Notes under the pieces: model-generated
What the model was told of the DNA's origin: nothing
Seen by the model: only the letters and a program-made list of their open reading frames with translations
Database searches by the model: none
In this document: piece by piece, positions 63,648 through 64,000 of the stretch
Numbering within the stretch: the stretch's first letter is position 1
Layout: every line of letters begins with the position of its first letter
Translations under genes and position numbers: made by a program
Assembly: GCA_964560795.1 (NCBI GenBank)
Contig: CAZLNX010000001.1
Span: forward strand, 227 to 64,226
Origin: an uncultured Anaerolineales bacterium
GTDB taxonomy: Bacteria; Chloroflexota; Anaerolineae; Anaerolineales; UBA11858
DNA length: 64,000 nucleotides
Direction: 5' to 3'

Positions 63648-64000
63648 TCAGGTCAGTTCGATCCCGAATTGCGCTTCAATTTCCTTACAAACGTTGTCGT
63701 ACTCTTGGTACCATTTGTTCGTGGGCTGAAGCGTGTCTAGGTCATAGAGCTCTGGAAAGGGTTGACCAACCAACCCCTCACTCTGAATATGCCTATATTT
63801 TTCTACCAACCAGGTAACAATTGGATCGGCGTCTTTACGTGTCATTCCTTCTGCGGCATGGGCGAGCTCACCGCAGAAACGCGCTTCCAGGGGTGTTGCA
63901 TGCATTTGATTGTTGCCCGTTGCAGATTGGACACAATCGATCAGCGCCGCGCCCGATACAACCGCGGCTAAGGTCAACGCGCCGCTCTCGTAGAAAATCT
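63648..64000 (-). CDS. MttB-superfamily methyltransferase paralog 12, C-terminal part (partial, runs off right edge)
   Basis: The frame stays open to position 64000 (IFYESGALTLAAVVSGAALIDCVQSATG ... TPLEARFCGELAHAAEGM). Aligns with the C-terminal third of subfamily B paralogs. Confidence 0.85.
   Translation of the reverse strand, partial: IFYESGALTLAAVVSGAALIDCVQSATGNNQMHATPLEARFCGELAHAAEGMTRKDADPIVTWLVEKYRHIQSEGLVGQPFPELYDLDTLQPTNKWYQEYDNVCKEIEAQFGIELT

Overview
All calls come from reading the sequence and the ORF translations by eye; no searches were run. The window looks like a bacterial chromosomal region of roughly 50% GC (taxon not determinable here). No rRNA, tRNA, CRISPR array, transposase or integrase was seen.

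Left edge (1-4.1 kb):
- A partial multihaem cytochrome c on the minus strand that is missing from the ORF track.
- A plus-strand OmpR-type response regulator, a histidine kinase and a membrane class III nucleotidyl cyclase.

From 4091 to the right edge, all 51 genes I call lie on the minus strand. They form what I read as one large accessory catabolic island.

Main feature: a very dense corrinoid-dependent methyl-transfer kit.
- 12 paralogs of the MttB (trimethylamine methyltransferase) superfamily. None has an in-frame TAG, so they are non-pyrrolysine members.
- 4 B12-binding corrinoid proteins.
- 1 pterin-binding methyl-corrinoid:tetrahydrofolate methyltransferase.
- 1 URO-D-family methyltransferase.

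These genes are interleaved with, and in two places translationally coupled by ATGA overlaps to, the following:
- 3 xanthine-dehydrogenase-family molybdenum hydroxylases.
- 7 amidohydrolase-superfamily deaminase or ring-hydrolase genes.
- An Fcy1-type cytosine deaminase, a cyclase/formamidase-like hydrolase, an M20 hydrolase and a Mer-like LLM oxidoreductase.
- An iron-sulfur flavoprotein, two small DMT-type membrane proteins, a BMP-type ABC importer and two GntR regulators.

A Na+-translocating biotin decarboxylase operon sits at 11.7-15.2 kb.

Non-coding structure:
- Two paralogous promoters share an identical 18-nt operator containing a perfect 14-bp palindrome.
- Three families of REP/MITE-like palindromic repeats flank the methyltransferase cassettes. 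One family has phased CGAAT words and lies just upstream of two corrinoid genes.
- A triplicated 19-nt unit carrying a Shine-Dalgarno sequence and a start codon creates nested mini-uORFs.

Working hypothesis (inference only): the island carries out anaerobic, corrinoid-dependent demethylation of N-methylated N-heterocycles, followed by their hydroxylation, deamination and ring opening. I do not know of a described system of this kind.
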